From a virus: 64,000 nucleotides of DNA. The notes below the pieces were generated by a model. It saw only the letters and a program-made list of their open reading frames with translations. It searched no databases and had not been told where the DNA came from. Shown here in pieces: positions 32,741 through 41,365 of this stretch (the stretch's first letter is position 1; each line of letters starts with the position of its first letter). The stretch lies in the IMG/VR virus record IMGVR_UViG_3300040801_000976, positions 64,787 to 128,786 of that record, one strand, 5' to 3'. A program made the translations under genes and the position numbers.

Positions 32741-33076
32741 TTATTCTGGTAATCTATTTAATATAGTACTTACTTTCGTGTCAATTGATTGCAGTTGCGT
32801 AATTAACATTGCTACTACTTCTTTGCCAGCTTTGTCATTATCCAATCTCCTCAACTCCTCTCGTAAATTATTTATCGACTCTTTATCAACCTTATCTTTC
32901 TCTAATTTTTCAATATTATTTTTTAGAGATATTATATCTCTCTCATGAGTTCTGTCTTTTTCATTAGAAGAAGATTTGAATCCTAACATTGTAACGATAA
33001 ATGTAACCAAAGCGGTTAATCCCGAAGGTATTAAATAGTGTAACCAGGATACTGTAGTAGGATCTTTGTCCAACAT
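32741..33076 (-). CDS. small membrane protein with coiled coil (holin-like architecture)
   Basis: single TM segment LIPSGLTALVTFIVTMLGF followed by a charged heptad-rich tail. Confidence 0.55.
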   Translation of the reverse strand: MLDKDPTTVSWLHYLIPSGLTALVTFIVTMLGFKSSSNEKDRTHERDIISLKNNIEKLEKDKVDKESINNLREELRRLDNDKAGKEVVAMLITQLQSIDTKVSTILNRLPE

Positions 33077-33127
33077 TTTGATACTTTAATTTAAAATTAA
33101 TAATTATATCTATAAACCACACCGTAG

Positions 33128-33201
33128 TTGACCTGGGAAGATTTGAACTCCCAATCTTCTGGACCAAAACCAGACGTGTTAACCAATTACACTACAGATC
33201 A
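33128..33201 (-). tRNA. tRNA-Gln(UUG)
   Basis: Cloverleaf: acceptor TGATCTG/CAGGTCA, anticodon arm TCTGG-TTTTGGT-CCAGA, T arm GGGAG-TTCAAAT-CTTCC; no encoded CCA. Confidence 0.93.
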
Positions 33202-33210
33202 GTATTTAAG

Positions 33211-33283
33211 TAGCCCATAGGGGATTCGAACCCCTGTTACCAGGATGAAAACCTGGCGTCCTAAACCTCTAGACGAACGGGCT
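33211..33283 (-). tRNA. tRNA-Glu(UUC)
   Basis: Acceptor AGCCCGT/ATGGGCT, anticodon arm CCAGG-TTTTCAT-CCTGG, T arm AGGGG-TTCGAAT-CCCCT; no encoded CCA. Confidence 0.95.
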
Positions 33284-33303
33284 ATTTATTTTAATTACAC
33301 TAG

Positions 33304-33387
33304 TGGGGTATGTAGGATTCGAACCTACTCAGTCTTACGACATCAGATTTACAGTCTGACCCGGCTCTCCAACTCCGGCGCTACCCC
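33304..33387 (-). tRNA. tRNA-Tyr(GUA)
   Basis: Anticodon arm TCAGA-CTGTAAA-TCTGA, long variable arm, T arm GTAGG-TTCGAAT-CCTAC; no encoded CCA. Confidence 0.95.
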
Positions 33388-33530
33388 AGTGTAGAAGTCA
33401 TCCACACCTCTTCTACATGACAACTTTATGGTTTCGAATTGTTTTACGTCTTGTTCTGAAAGACACGTAGTATAAGGATTCTAAGTACTACACCGCACGC
33501 TTGTTGCTTCACCATGAACGCGATAGGGTA

Positions 33531-33806
33531 TTAAGGTAATTGTGTTTTTATCATTTCGACCACTAAAGTATCATTATTAATATGTTTATTACATATAGAA
33601 TAACCATAGTAAGAGATTATTGGATGGTTAGTATTAATTTCTGCCACACCAGACTCATCTGTATAAGTTACCTCGGTAGAATTATGTTTATAAACAAAAG
33701 CTAACGGTATAGGTTTGTTTGTTAACTTATCTTTAACAACCACTACCATACTATTAATATTTAAAGACCATAATAATAATGTAATAATAACAAATAGATT
33801 TTTCAT
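33531..33806 (-). CDS. small secreted protein with carboxypeptidase-regulatory-like (SusC N-terminal extension type) domain
   Basis: Signal peptide MKNLFVIITLLLWSLNINS then VKDKLTNKPIPLAFV...TYTDESG, the Bacteroidota CarbopepD_reg pattern. Confidence 0.65.
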   Translation of the reverse strand: MKNLFVIITLLLWSLNINSMVVVVKDKLTNKPIPLAFVYKHNSTEVTYTDESGVAEINTNHPIISYYGYSICNKHINNDTLVVEMIKTQLP

Positions 33807-33962
33807 TTTTTTTTATACTGAGTAGTATAAAAAGTGGTTTTTAAAATACCCCAGAACCACTAAACTGCGCCAACCTACGATTTGGACATTACCGTATCAC
33901 CCATATTTACACTGGGGAGAGGGTTATATGTGTCTTCGATCTCTGGTACCTTAGAGCTTGTG

Positions 33963-34037
33963 TAACCCCTCTGGGACTTGAACCCAGGATCCCCGCCTTA
34001 AAAGGGCGGCTCTCTAACACAACTGAGCTAAGAGGTT
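33963..34037 (-). tRNA. tRNA-Lys(UUU)
   Basis: Acceptor AACCTCT/AGGGGTT, anticodon arm CCGCC-CTTTTAA-GGCGG, T arm CTGGG-TTCAAGT-CCCAG; no encoded CCA. Confidence 0.93.
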
Positions 34038-34040
34038 AAA

Positions 34041-34318
34041 TGTACCTGGTGACTAACCTAAAGTTTGGTACAAAACTACAACTGTTTACATAACATCTCC
34101 CAGACAGTTGCCTACGGTTGGGTTTAAACTGAAAACCTCACTCTCCTAAAACAGTTGGTTTTAAAGATTAACCAAAACTACTTAGTATCGTTAAGCTAAC
34201 GAACTATGCACGGTAACCGTTTGCATAGATTAAACGGTACATTAAAGTGTGTAGCACTATCAGGTGTTTTAGCTTCAACACACTGTAAAAAGCCGAACTA
34301 ACGATATTCTACCGGTAT
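34041..34318 (-). ncRNA. candidate structured ncRNA of unknown family
   Basis: About 280 nt with no ORF in the track; several perfect 6-8 bp helices and an interleaved pseudoknot-type pair; directly 5' of tRNA-Lys. Confidence 0.45.
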
Positions 34319-34349
34319 ATTAACGTAATATACAACGAGTCAATAGTAT

Positions 34350-34727
34350 TTAAACACGATTTTCGGGAAATTCTTCCGGATCAGGCTCTGTAAGAATTAA
34401 TTGTTTTAATCTATCTTCATCCGGAATATATTGACCATGTTCGTTTTTAGTTATATAGTTTTGATATAAAAAATCAGTGGATTCTTCTTCCAAGATATTT
34501 TTTATAATAGATTCCCAAGACTTAAACGGCGTAAAGTGTAGCCGATACAAGTAATTACAGATTTCCTTAGCTTGTGCCTTTACAAAATTATACTGAAATT
34601 CTTTTTTATCGCACGTTGTAAGAAAATTAAATTCTTTTTTTATCTTTTCCTGAAATTTAAAAACTTTATCAAACTCTGCTTGTTCTTTTTTTTCTACCTC
34701 TACATTAATAGTATTCATATAAAACAT
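34350..34727 (-). CDS. hypothetical protein
   Basis: 125-aa ORF in the minus-strand block. Confidence 0.6.
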   Translation of the reverse strand: MFYMNTINVEVEKKEQAEFDKVFKFQEKIKKEFNFLTTCDKKEFQYNFVKAQAKEICNYLYRLHFTPFKSWESIIKNILEEESTDFLYQNYITKNEHGQYIPDEDRLKQLILTEPDPEEFPENRV

Positions 34728-34748
34728 TTTACATTATTTCCTAGTAAC

Positions 34749-34761
34749 AATATTATAGTAA
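34749..34761 (-). promoter_or_regulatory. putative phage promoter element TTACTATAATATT
   Basis: Intergenic 13-mer shortly upstream of a start codon; identical copy at 63758-63770. Confidence 0.35.
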
Positions 34762-34798
34762 ATTTTTACTAGAAAGGAAACTAAGAAATAATAAATTT

Positions 34799-35530
34799 TT
34801 ACCCTCTGGTTTTATTATCATGATGATCTATGGAAATTATTTTTTGTTGGTCCATGATAACTCTTAATTGTTGATATTCAATTGGAGAATAAGAACCATA
34901 GTATTTGTATAGATTATCAATTCCAACATCAAATATCTTACCGTTAGTATACCAGTGGTTTGACCCTACCCACTGTATATTTAACTTATTGTTTAATGTA
35001 CCATGACAATGCCCATGAATCATCCAAGAGCCTTTGTAAGAGTGGTCCCAAGATACCATAGGAAAATGAGACAAAATTATTTCTTGTTTATCTACAATTA
35101 TTTTTAAATACTCATGGACTTCGGAGAATAAAGCTGTAGCAGGTGTATTTCCCGATTCACCTTCTTGTGGTTTACGTAACATGTCATCTATTGTCCAATA
35201 ACAATTCGGTAGTGTTACATCATTTATAATGTGGTCGTCATGGTTACCAGCAATAAAGTAAATTTCTTTACACAAAATTCTCTGTCTAAAATCAAATATA
35301 CTTTCTTTACCTCCAAAAGACCAGTCACCCACAAAAATTAACACATCCTCTTGTGACACAGTATTATTTATAGACTCTATAATACACTCATTCATTAATT
35401 CCAGAGAATCAAAGTCACGACATCCTTCCTTATTTTCCCACTCGGAAACTCCTCTACAAATATTTTTATGGTTATAGTGAAAATCTGCAGCAAAAAATAT
35501 TTTACGTTCTTTAGATTTAAATTTAAGCAT
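34799..35530 (-). CDS. calcineurin-like metallophosphoesterase (RNA-repair associated)
   Basis: ADFHYNH, VGDWSFG, GNHD, SHFP and HGHCHG motifs. Confidence 0.9.
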   Translation of the reverse strand: MLKFKSKERKIFFAADFHYNHKNICRGVSEWENKEGCRDFDSLELMNECIIESINNTVSQEDVLIFVGDWSFGGKESIFDFRQRILCKEIYFIAGNHDDHIINDVTLPNCYWTIDDMLRKPQEGESGNTPATALFSEVHEYLKIIVDKQEIILSHFPMVSWDHSYKGSWMIHGHCHGTLNNKLNIQWVGSNHWYTNGKIFDVGIDNLYKYYGSYSPIEYQQLRVIMDQQKIISIDHHDNKTRG

Positions 35531-35943
35531 TATAAATTATATCTTTTATAAAATGACCTTATCACTTTAAACCCCACACATCGACCACCTAGTAAACCTC
35601 GTTTTATATCTCTAAGAACAGATAAAATTATGGGTGTTTCAAACTTTTTAATTGTAATGTCACAACCAGTACTTAATCTGCGTAACTTTTTTAATGTTTT
35701 ATTATTTAAGTTTGTAGCATCTACAATAACATTATAACCGTGGTCTAATGCTGTTGTTAAAGTACTATGTTCTATTTCCGTTACTAAAACTTCCCTACCA
35801 GGCACCCAATAATCCCCTAACATAGATCTTATTGAATCTCTATTCACAATAATCCATCTATCGGATTTATTTTTAACAAAAGACCTGGCCCAGGTACTTT
35901 TACCTGAAGCCGGAGGTCCTTGCAATATTATAACTTTCTGCAT
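35530..35943 (-). CDS. polynucleotide kinase (T4 PNK kinase domain / AAA_33)
   Basis: GPPASGKSTWA, NRDSIR, IVDATNL. Confidence 0.85.
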   Translation of the reverse strand: MQKVIILQGPPASGKSTWARSFVKNKSDRWIIVNRDSIRSMLGDYWVPGREVLVTEIEHSTLTTALDHGYNVIVDATNLNNKTLKKLRRLSTGCDITIKKFETPIILSVLRDIKRGLLGGRCVGFKVIRSFYKRYNL

Positions 35944-35950
35944 GTTTATA

Positions 35951-37213
35951 TTAATTTAAATCTTCTTGATCAACCACTCCTTCATCTCTTAGTTTAGATT
36001 CACCGAGTCTAAAAGCATCGGATTTATATTTTAAAGCTACCCACTTACCGTGTCTATCAATAAACCAAACCACAACACCTTCTTTAAGAGTGTCTTTTGC
36101 CATTTCGGACTGTCCTTGAGCGTAAGCAATAACCTTTTCTTCTAGAATTTCCAAAGATCTATCGGTTCCTAAATAATAGAATTTCTCAAATAAATGAGGT
36201 TTCTCAAATCCTAGCTCTTCAGCCCTATTGTAAACATACTCTCTATTATAATCAACAGTTTTACCATCTTCATTATTCATGGTTATCCTATAAAGCAGAG
36301 AACGATAATTACCGGCCTCACATCCATAAGGAAATCCTTTTTGAATATGCGAACCTGTTTTTTCGTAACCAAATAGTTCTAAATATAGTTGTTCACCTTT
36401 AAAGAGTAAACCTTTAACTTTATCAAGAACCTCTTCCCTCATTGTGTTTTCATGATAAGGATTAACCCTTTTTTCTGGAGAATGAATAACACGTCTAGTT
36501 CCATTTATATATTCCCATGAAGACACAGAACTACTACCCGTTAACCTACCTTCTTTTTTGGTAGAGAATAAATTCCAAACAAACCTTTTAATCTTTCTTA
36601 TGGGATTTTCTGTTACATAAATAACTCTACCGGATCTATGAGAAGTACCGTGAATTTTTTCTTCAATATAACAAACAGTACCGGCAGGTATTTTATGTTT
36701 ATTACGCATGAAATGTTCAGTAGAAAAATGTTCCTTAAACATAGGTACTTCTAATTTTTTCTTAGACTTTTTAGATTTATTGTTTGAAGAAGAAGAGTAA
36801 TTTCTGGTTGGTGGAATATATTTTTCACAAAATTTAACACCATTTATACTGTCGAGTTCTGTTCCTATCTCTAAAGAAATATCCTCTTTCAAATATTTTA
36901 AATAACTAACAGGAAACAGAAATCCGTCACTAATCTCACCGCGTAATTTTATACACTTCACGCGACCGTCGTCTTCAAAAAAACCCGATTTAGAGTTATC
37001 TTTGTTTAGTTCACTATGTCTATACAAATTATTATTATGTAAGAAATCAGGTAATATTCTCATATTAGAATCAACATATATCATAATATCACCCTTTCTA
37101 GTTTCTTTACCAACAACAACTTGCGTACCAAATATTTTAGCAAGTAATAATTTATCTGCGTTAGGATGGTTTTCTATTTTAGCTAATTTTACCACCGCTG
37201 CTTGATTATTCAT
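35951..37213 (-). CDS. ATP-dependent RNA ligase (DRB0094/Rnl5-like, N-terminal OB domain)
   Basis: HPNADKL...KLRGEISDG N-terminal module; motif I EKIHGTS, ELFG, EGVVV, LKYKS. Confidence 0.85.
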   Translation of the reverse strand: MNNQAAVVKLAKIENHPNADKLLLAKIFGTQVVVGKETRKGDIMIYVDSNMRILPDFLHNNNLYRHSELNKDNSKSGFFEDDGRVKCIKLRGEISDGFLFPVSYLKYLKEDISLEIGTELDSINGVKFCEKYIPPTRNYSSSSNNKSKKSKKKLEVPMFKEHFSTEHFMRNKHKIPAGTVCYIEEKIHGTSHRSGRVIYVTENPIRKIKRFVWNLFSTKKEGRLTGSSSVSSWEYINGTRRVIHSPEKRVNPYHENTMREEVLDKVKGLLFKGEQLYLELFGYEKTGSHIQKGFPYGCEAGNYRSLLYRITMNNEDGKTVDYNREYVYNRAEELGFEKPHLFEKFYYLGTDRSLEILEEKVIAYAQGQSEMAKDTLKEGVVVWFIDRHGKWVALKYKSDAFRLGESKLRDEGVVDQEDLN

Positions 37214-37331
37214 AATTATATAAATTTTTATTTATTTTGTATCTAGTTTAATTTTAATAATAAGATCATTTACTAAATTATTAGAAACTTTAGTAGGTAA
37301 AGTTGTTTTATCTATAACTTCGTCAAACTCT

Positions 37332-38300
37332 TTAATTTTTTTCTTCTGCTAAATCTATTAAATAATCATAGTCAAAATCTCCTTTACGTACTTTTAATAA
37401 CCAATCTCTATTAGGTCTTTTTAATATTAATTTACCCTCTTTACATGCCTCAATACCCATCTCTAATAATCTAAAACAATGCATTAGATTTTTACCATCG
37501 TAACCTTTTCCGTGTTTCTGATTAGCATCATATCTTACAGGATTTCTTTTTTCGACCCATTCCCAATATTCTTTATATTCTTTACAGTAAGAAGAATATC
37601 CTTCATGGTTACAATATATTAGATTATAATTTGCTATAGCTTCCTTAGGTATAGAAGATAATCTTAATTCATTTGAATGTTCTCCGACTAAACCCTTATA
37701 GTTATATTTATTATTATTAAAATATAGATAATAAATGTTATGAACATTGTTTGCTTTAGATAACCCATAATTTTCTTGGCGAACAGCAGGTCCCCGTTGT
37801 ATTTTAAACCAATCTTTTAACGAAGTTGTTCCTAATGCAGTAAATATATAACAAAAATCTAATATATCTTTTTTCTCTTTACTTACGGGATTCAACACCT
37901 TTTTATTTAATCCTCGTGCTTTCTTAATCTGCCCCATAGCATACCCACCCAAACTATAACGTATATTTTTAGTAAGAAATTTATCTTTCTCATTTAGTAT
38001 CAAATCATACTTTCTGGTTTTTGTTATAATTTTATCTTCTGGAACATACAATAATTCTAGGATATTTGGATTTGCTGACTGTGCTAATTGTAAAAATCTT
38101 CTTACTTCATAATAAACAATATCATTTTTCTCGTCATCTATTTGAATTGGAGCATTTAGTTTTAAATAATCGCTAATAGGTAGATTAAATACACCTTTTA
38201 CATCTGTATCGGAAGTAGGTAATTCTAACCCATACAACCTACTCCCAACTACAGAGTAAAAAATTATGTTATCGGATTTTAATAATTCATCTATAGACAT
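37332..38300 (-). CDS. Pol-beta-family nucleotidyltransferase (RlaP/YcgL-like); C-terminus frameshifted, natural stop probably at 37232
   Basis: VGSRLYGLELPTSDTDVKG, NPNILELL, GYDGKNLMHCFRLL; a family-like tail continues in another frame after an A7 run. Confidence 0.85.
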   Translation of the reverse strand: MSIDELLKSDNIIFYSVVGSRLYGLELPTSDTDVKGVFNLPISDYLKLNAPIQIDDEKNDIVYYEVRRFLQLAQSANPNILELLYVPEDKIITKTRKYDLILNEKDKFLTKNIRYSLGGYAMGQIKKARGLNKKVLNPVSKEKKDILDFCYIFTALGTTSLKDWFKIQRGPAVRQENYGLSKANNVHNIYYLYFNNNKYNYKGLVGEHSNELRLSSIPKEAIANYNLIYCNHEGYSSYCKEYKEYWEWVEKRNPVRYDANQKHGKGYDGKNLMHCFRLLEMGIEACKEGKLILKRPNRDWLLKVRKGDFDYDYLIDLAEEKN

Positions 38301-38547
38301 ATGTCCAATCAAATTTATTTAATAACTGATTTAACTCTCCACCTCCTACTAAACATTTTATATCTTGAATGTCCCCAGCGGGATGTTTGACTTCATATCC
38401 TTGTACATACGATTTATAGCGTCTCTCTGATCTAGTGGTTATTTCCAAAACCTGACCCGGCTTTATATCATTAAATATACTATAACGAGATTTACCTCTT
38501 AAACCACTATGTGCCTCAATAAAAGTGGTAAACTTTAAACCTTCCAT
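38287..38547 (-). CDS. hypothetical protein
   Basis: 86-aa ORF, tightly packed in the operon. Confidence 0.55.
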   Translation of the reverse strand: MEGLKFTTFIEAHSGLRGKSRYSIFNDIKPGQVLEITTRSERRYKSYVQGYEVKHPAGDIQDIKCLVGGGELNQLLNKFDWTYVYR

Positions 38548-38548
38548 A

Positions 38549-38740
38549 TCAAATAAAAGTTATAAATTTACCACATTCTTTACATAATACAGCATCTCTA
38601 TTTGCTACTGTACCCTTAACATGGTTTTCAAATTTATCACAACAAGTATTCGCATGTTTTAGTAATTCCCTAACTTCTGTACCAAATTCTTGATCGTTAG
38701 GGTATAATTTTTCTAATTGTTTTATTATATCTAAAGCCAT
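38549..38740 (-). CDS. hypothetical protein with Cys pairs (possible Zn ribbon)
   Basis: TCCDKF...LCKECG; ATG at 38740 preferred over 38785 to limit overlap. Confidence 0.5.
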   Translation of the reverse strand: MALDIIKQLEKLYPNDQEFGTEVRELLKHANTCCDKFENHVKGTVANRDAVLCKECGKFITFI

Positions 38741-39195
38741 AATATTATTAATATATGTGTAAATTGTAGTATTTCTATTCCCCAAATTAAATTTTTTCGA
38801 GGAATATTACTGCAGGATATTACTATAATAAGATTATTTACCAACACTAAATTTAAAGCATCAAATTCTAGTATTAGTGATATATTGGCTAGTAGTATAC
38901 CACCAATTGCTCCAATCATATGTATATATTTTGTTATTATAGATCCTGTAAAATTAGAAGCTGCGCCAACTAGGGCTACTAACCAGATAGCCACGGGCAT
39001 GAGTACTTTATCGTCTGTCAAAAATATTAAAGGTACAGTAAAACTAAAAACAAACAAAGTAAATAACCATCTATATTTACTCTGTAAACAATAAAAACTC
39101 TGCGATATAGATTTTTGTGCACCATATTTATTCCATATGAATATTACATAAGAATAAAACACCAAACTCGATATTATTATTAAAATATTTGTCAT
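38731..39195 (-). CDS. multi-pass membrane protein
   Basis: Five or six hydrophobic segments; SISQSFY and IHMIGA motifs. Confidence 0.7.
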   Translation of the reverse strand: MTNILIIISSLVFYSYVIFIWNKYGAQKSISQSFYCLQSKYRWLFTLFVFSFTVPLIFLTDDKVLMPVAIWLVALVGAASNFTGSIITKYIHMIGAIGGILLANISLILEFDALNLVLVNNLIIVISCSNIPRKNLIWGIEILQFTHILIILWL

Positions 39196-39629
39196 AAAGT
39201 ATTTTGTAATTCTTTTATAAATTCATCTCGCGTCTTCTTATTCCATCGTTTAAAATCCTGATAAAGTATGTTAAATTTTTCTGGTAAATCTGGTATGGCC
39301 CAAGATATATAAACACTGTTTATAGGAAATTTAATATTTTCCAAAGTACCTATTTTTAGATTGAATCTAAACGTTATTTGATCTAATTTTTCTTTTAAAA
39401 ATAATTCTGCTTTATTCTCTAACTCTATGTTATCGTTCTTATCATAATAAGGTTTACCAAAAACAATAATATCTTTTTCGATATTTATAACCTTTATTAA
39501 ATTATCTTTACCATACATAAAGCGATCCAAAGTCTTAATATTATCTTCAATATAATTAGGAAATTCTAATATCTCTCGCCGATAAAGTAATATAAATTCA
39601 TTATTTAATAATAATGTAATATCATTCAT
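39192..39629 (-). CDS. hypothetical protein
   Basis: 145-aa ORF with ATGA overlap to the next gene. Confidence 0.6.
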   Translation of the reverse strand: MNDITLLLNNEFILLYRREILEFPNYIEDNIKTLDRFMYGKDNLIKVINIEKDIIVFGKPYYDKNDNIELENKAELFLKEKLDQITFRFNLKIGTLENIKFPINSVYISWAIPDLPEKFNILYQDFKRWNKKTRDEFIKELQNTL

Positions 39630-39634
39630 AGTAT

Positions 39635-40570
39635 TTAATTATTTATTAATTCTAAGAACTGCTTATTGTTTAGTACAAATCCAGCAGCACCCTTATGTCC
39701 ACCACCCTCATATTGTTTAGCAATAACAGAACAATCAACTTCTCCATTATCGTTATAAAGGCTAAACTTCCAATTTACTCCATCATAATGAAAACAAGCA
39801 CACCCATCATATCCATCTTTATGATAATCAATATCAAAATTAGCAGGATTAAATCTTTCTTTATTAATGCAGATGAATTTTAAGGTATCTAAACATGTAT
39901 GTCCTAAATCAATATTAAATTGAACTTCAAATCCATTCTTATAAACTTGTTTGGCTTCCGTGCAGAGATATTGATAAATAGATTTGCCTTTAGAAAATAT
40001 TTCATTTAAAGTATCACTTTCTCCATGTTTTTTATCGGAAATAAAATATAGTAAATGTTCATAAGCTTCTTCATAGCTACTAATGCACTGCATTGCACCA
40101 TATTGAAATTCTAATACTTTTTGTTCTTCATCTGTATTTTTATGACGAAAGCTATCATACATTCCAAGTAATCTAACTATTTCAGGCATAATTTCGTTAG
40201 GAAAGAAGTATTTCCAAGTTAGTTCACAAGCTGCAAAATTAGTGTCTCTTAAACCTTTATATACTAAATCGTTATTATCTTTTATTGCAGAAATATGGTG
40301 ATCAATCCATATCAATTCTTTATCAAGATTATGCCAAAGTTTAGACATCTCTTCTTTAGGAAAACTAATATCACACATTATTACTTTATCGTATTCTGAT
40401 AGATCTGGTATAGGTTGTCCATAGTTGTAACCTATAAACTCAATAGTATTAATTGGTTTTTCTTTTTTATTTGGGATTTCTTGTTGATTAAACCAATATT
40501 TAACTATTGCTGCTGACATCCAACCATCGAGGTCGATTGAATGATATATACAAACTATTTTACTCATCAT
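39635..40570 (-). CDS. DHH-family phosphoesterase (DHH/DHHA1)
   Basis: YHSIDLDG, CDISF, WIDHH, GGGHKGAAGF. Confidence 0.9.
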   Translation of the reverse strand: MMSKIVCIYHSIDLDGWMSAAIVKYWFNQQEIPNKKEKPINTIEFIGYNYGQPIPDLSEYDKVIMCDISFPKEEMSKLWHNLDKELIWIDHHISAIKDNNDLVYKGLRDTNFAACELTWKYFFPNEIMPEIVRLLGMYDSFRHKNTDEEQKVLEFQYGAMQCISSYEEAYEHLLYFISDKKHGESDTLNEIFSKGKSIYQYLCTEAKQVYKNGFEVQFNIDLGHTCLDTLKFICINKERFNPANFDIDYHKDGYDGCACFHYDGVNWKFSLYNDNGEVDCSVIAKQYEGGGHKGAAGFVLNNKQFLELINN

Positions 40571-41364
40571 GGTGATGTTATTAATTTATTAACTAATTCT
40601 TCTACAATAGATTTTACATCTTTATAAGAATACATAGGTTTATTTTCTTTAATATAGTTTTTGGCAGATGTTTTTGTAGAAAAAGTTTTTAAAGGTTCTG
40701 GATTTTCATAACATATATCTGCGGTAACCTCAATAAGTGAAAAATCTTTTCTAACTAACCAATAACTATCACCCGGATAAATATTAACCCCATCTTCACT
40801 AGTAAATAGAGGTTTAACTACGTCATCAATATAAATATTCTCATTTAAATGATTAAATAATATTTGTGTATTACAATTGGGATTTAACCATATCTCATTT
40901 ATAGTACAAATACAACCCGATCTATCTTTTACCGTATCTCCGATTGAAAATACTTGTCCATCACTAAGTCTTTTAATTCTAGATATTATAAAATATTCTC
41001 TAGAAAGATAGAAATCTAAATTTTTACCTAAACCGGTTTTTGATACCGAATCATTCCACACTTTGTCCCGTCTTCTTTCCCAGTTTTTATATTCAGGTGT
41101 AATAACATGTGGAAAACAAGACCATGTACCTTGTATAGTTTTATACCAATATATATTATTACAAATATTTTTTAGTTCTAATATTTCATAATTTACAAAC
41201 TCTTCGAAGAACTCAGGGTAATTTTCTACATATTTAGCGCAATACCTTTGACCAGAATCTCCAAAATATTCTGGGAAAGTTCTTGGATGATAAGTAACAT
41301 AACTACCCACTTTATCTCCATTTCCAGGGAAATCTTTTAATATTTTATACTTTTTAGATGTCAT
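40567..41364 (-). CDS. hypothetical protein
   Basis: 265-aa ORF with ATGA coupling. Confidence 0.65.
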   Translation of the reverse strand: MTSKKYKILKDFPGNGDKVGSYVTYHPRTFPEYFGDSGQRYCAKYVENYPEFFEEFVNYEILELKNICNNIYWYKTIQGTWSCFPHVITPEYKNWERRRDKVWNDSVSKTGLGKNLDFYLSREYFIISRIKRLSDGQVFSIGDTVKDRSGCICTINEIWLNPNCNTQILFNHLNENIYIDDVVKPLFTSEDGVNIYPGDSYWLVRKDFSLIEVTADICYENPEPLKTFSTKTSAKNYIKENKPMYSYKDVKSIVEELVNKLITSP

Positions 41365-41365
41365 A

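Noticed and set aside
32964-33167. 67-aa minus-strand ORF
   Set aside because: Starts inside tRNA-Gln and overlaps the membrane-protein gene; likely spurious.
34041-34318. tmRNA, RNase P or 6S RNA identity for the structured region
   Set aside because: No tRNA-Ala-like ends or T arm, no GAGGAAAGUC-type RNase P signature, and not a single long rod.
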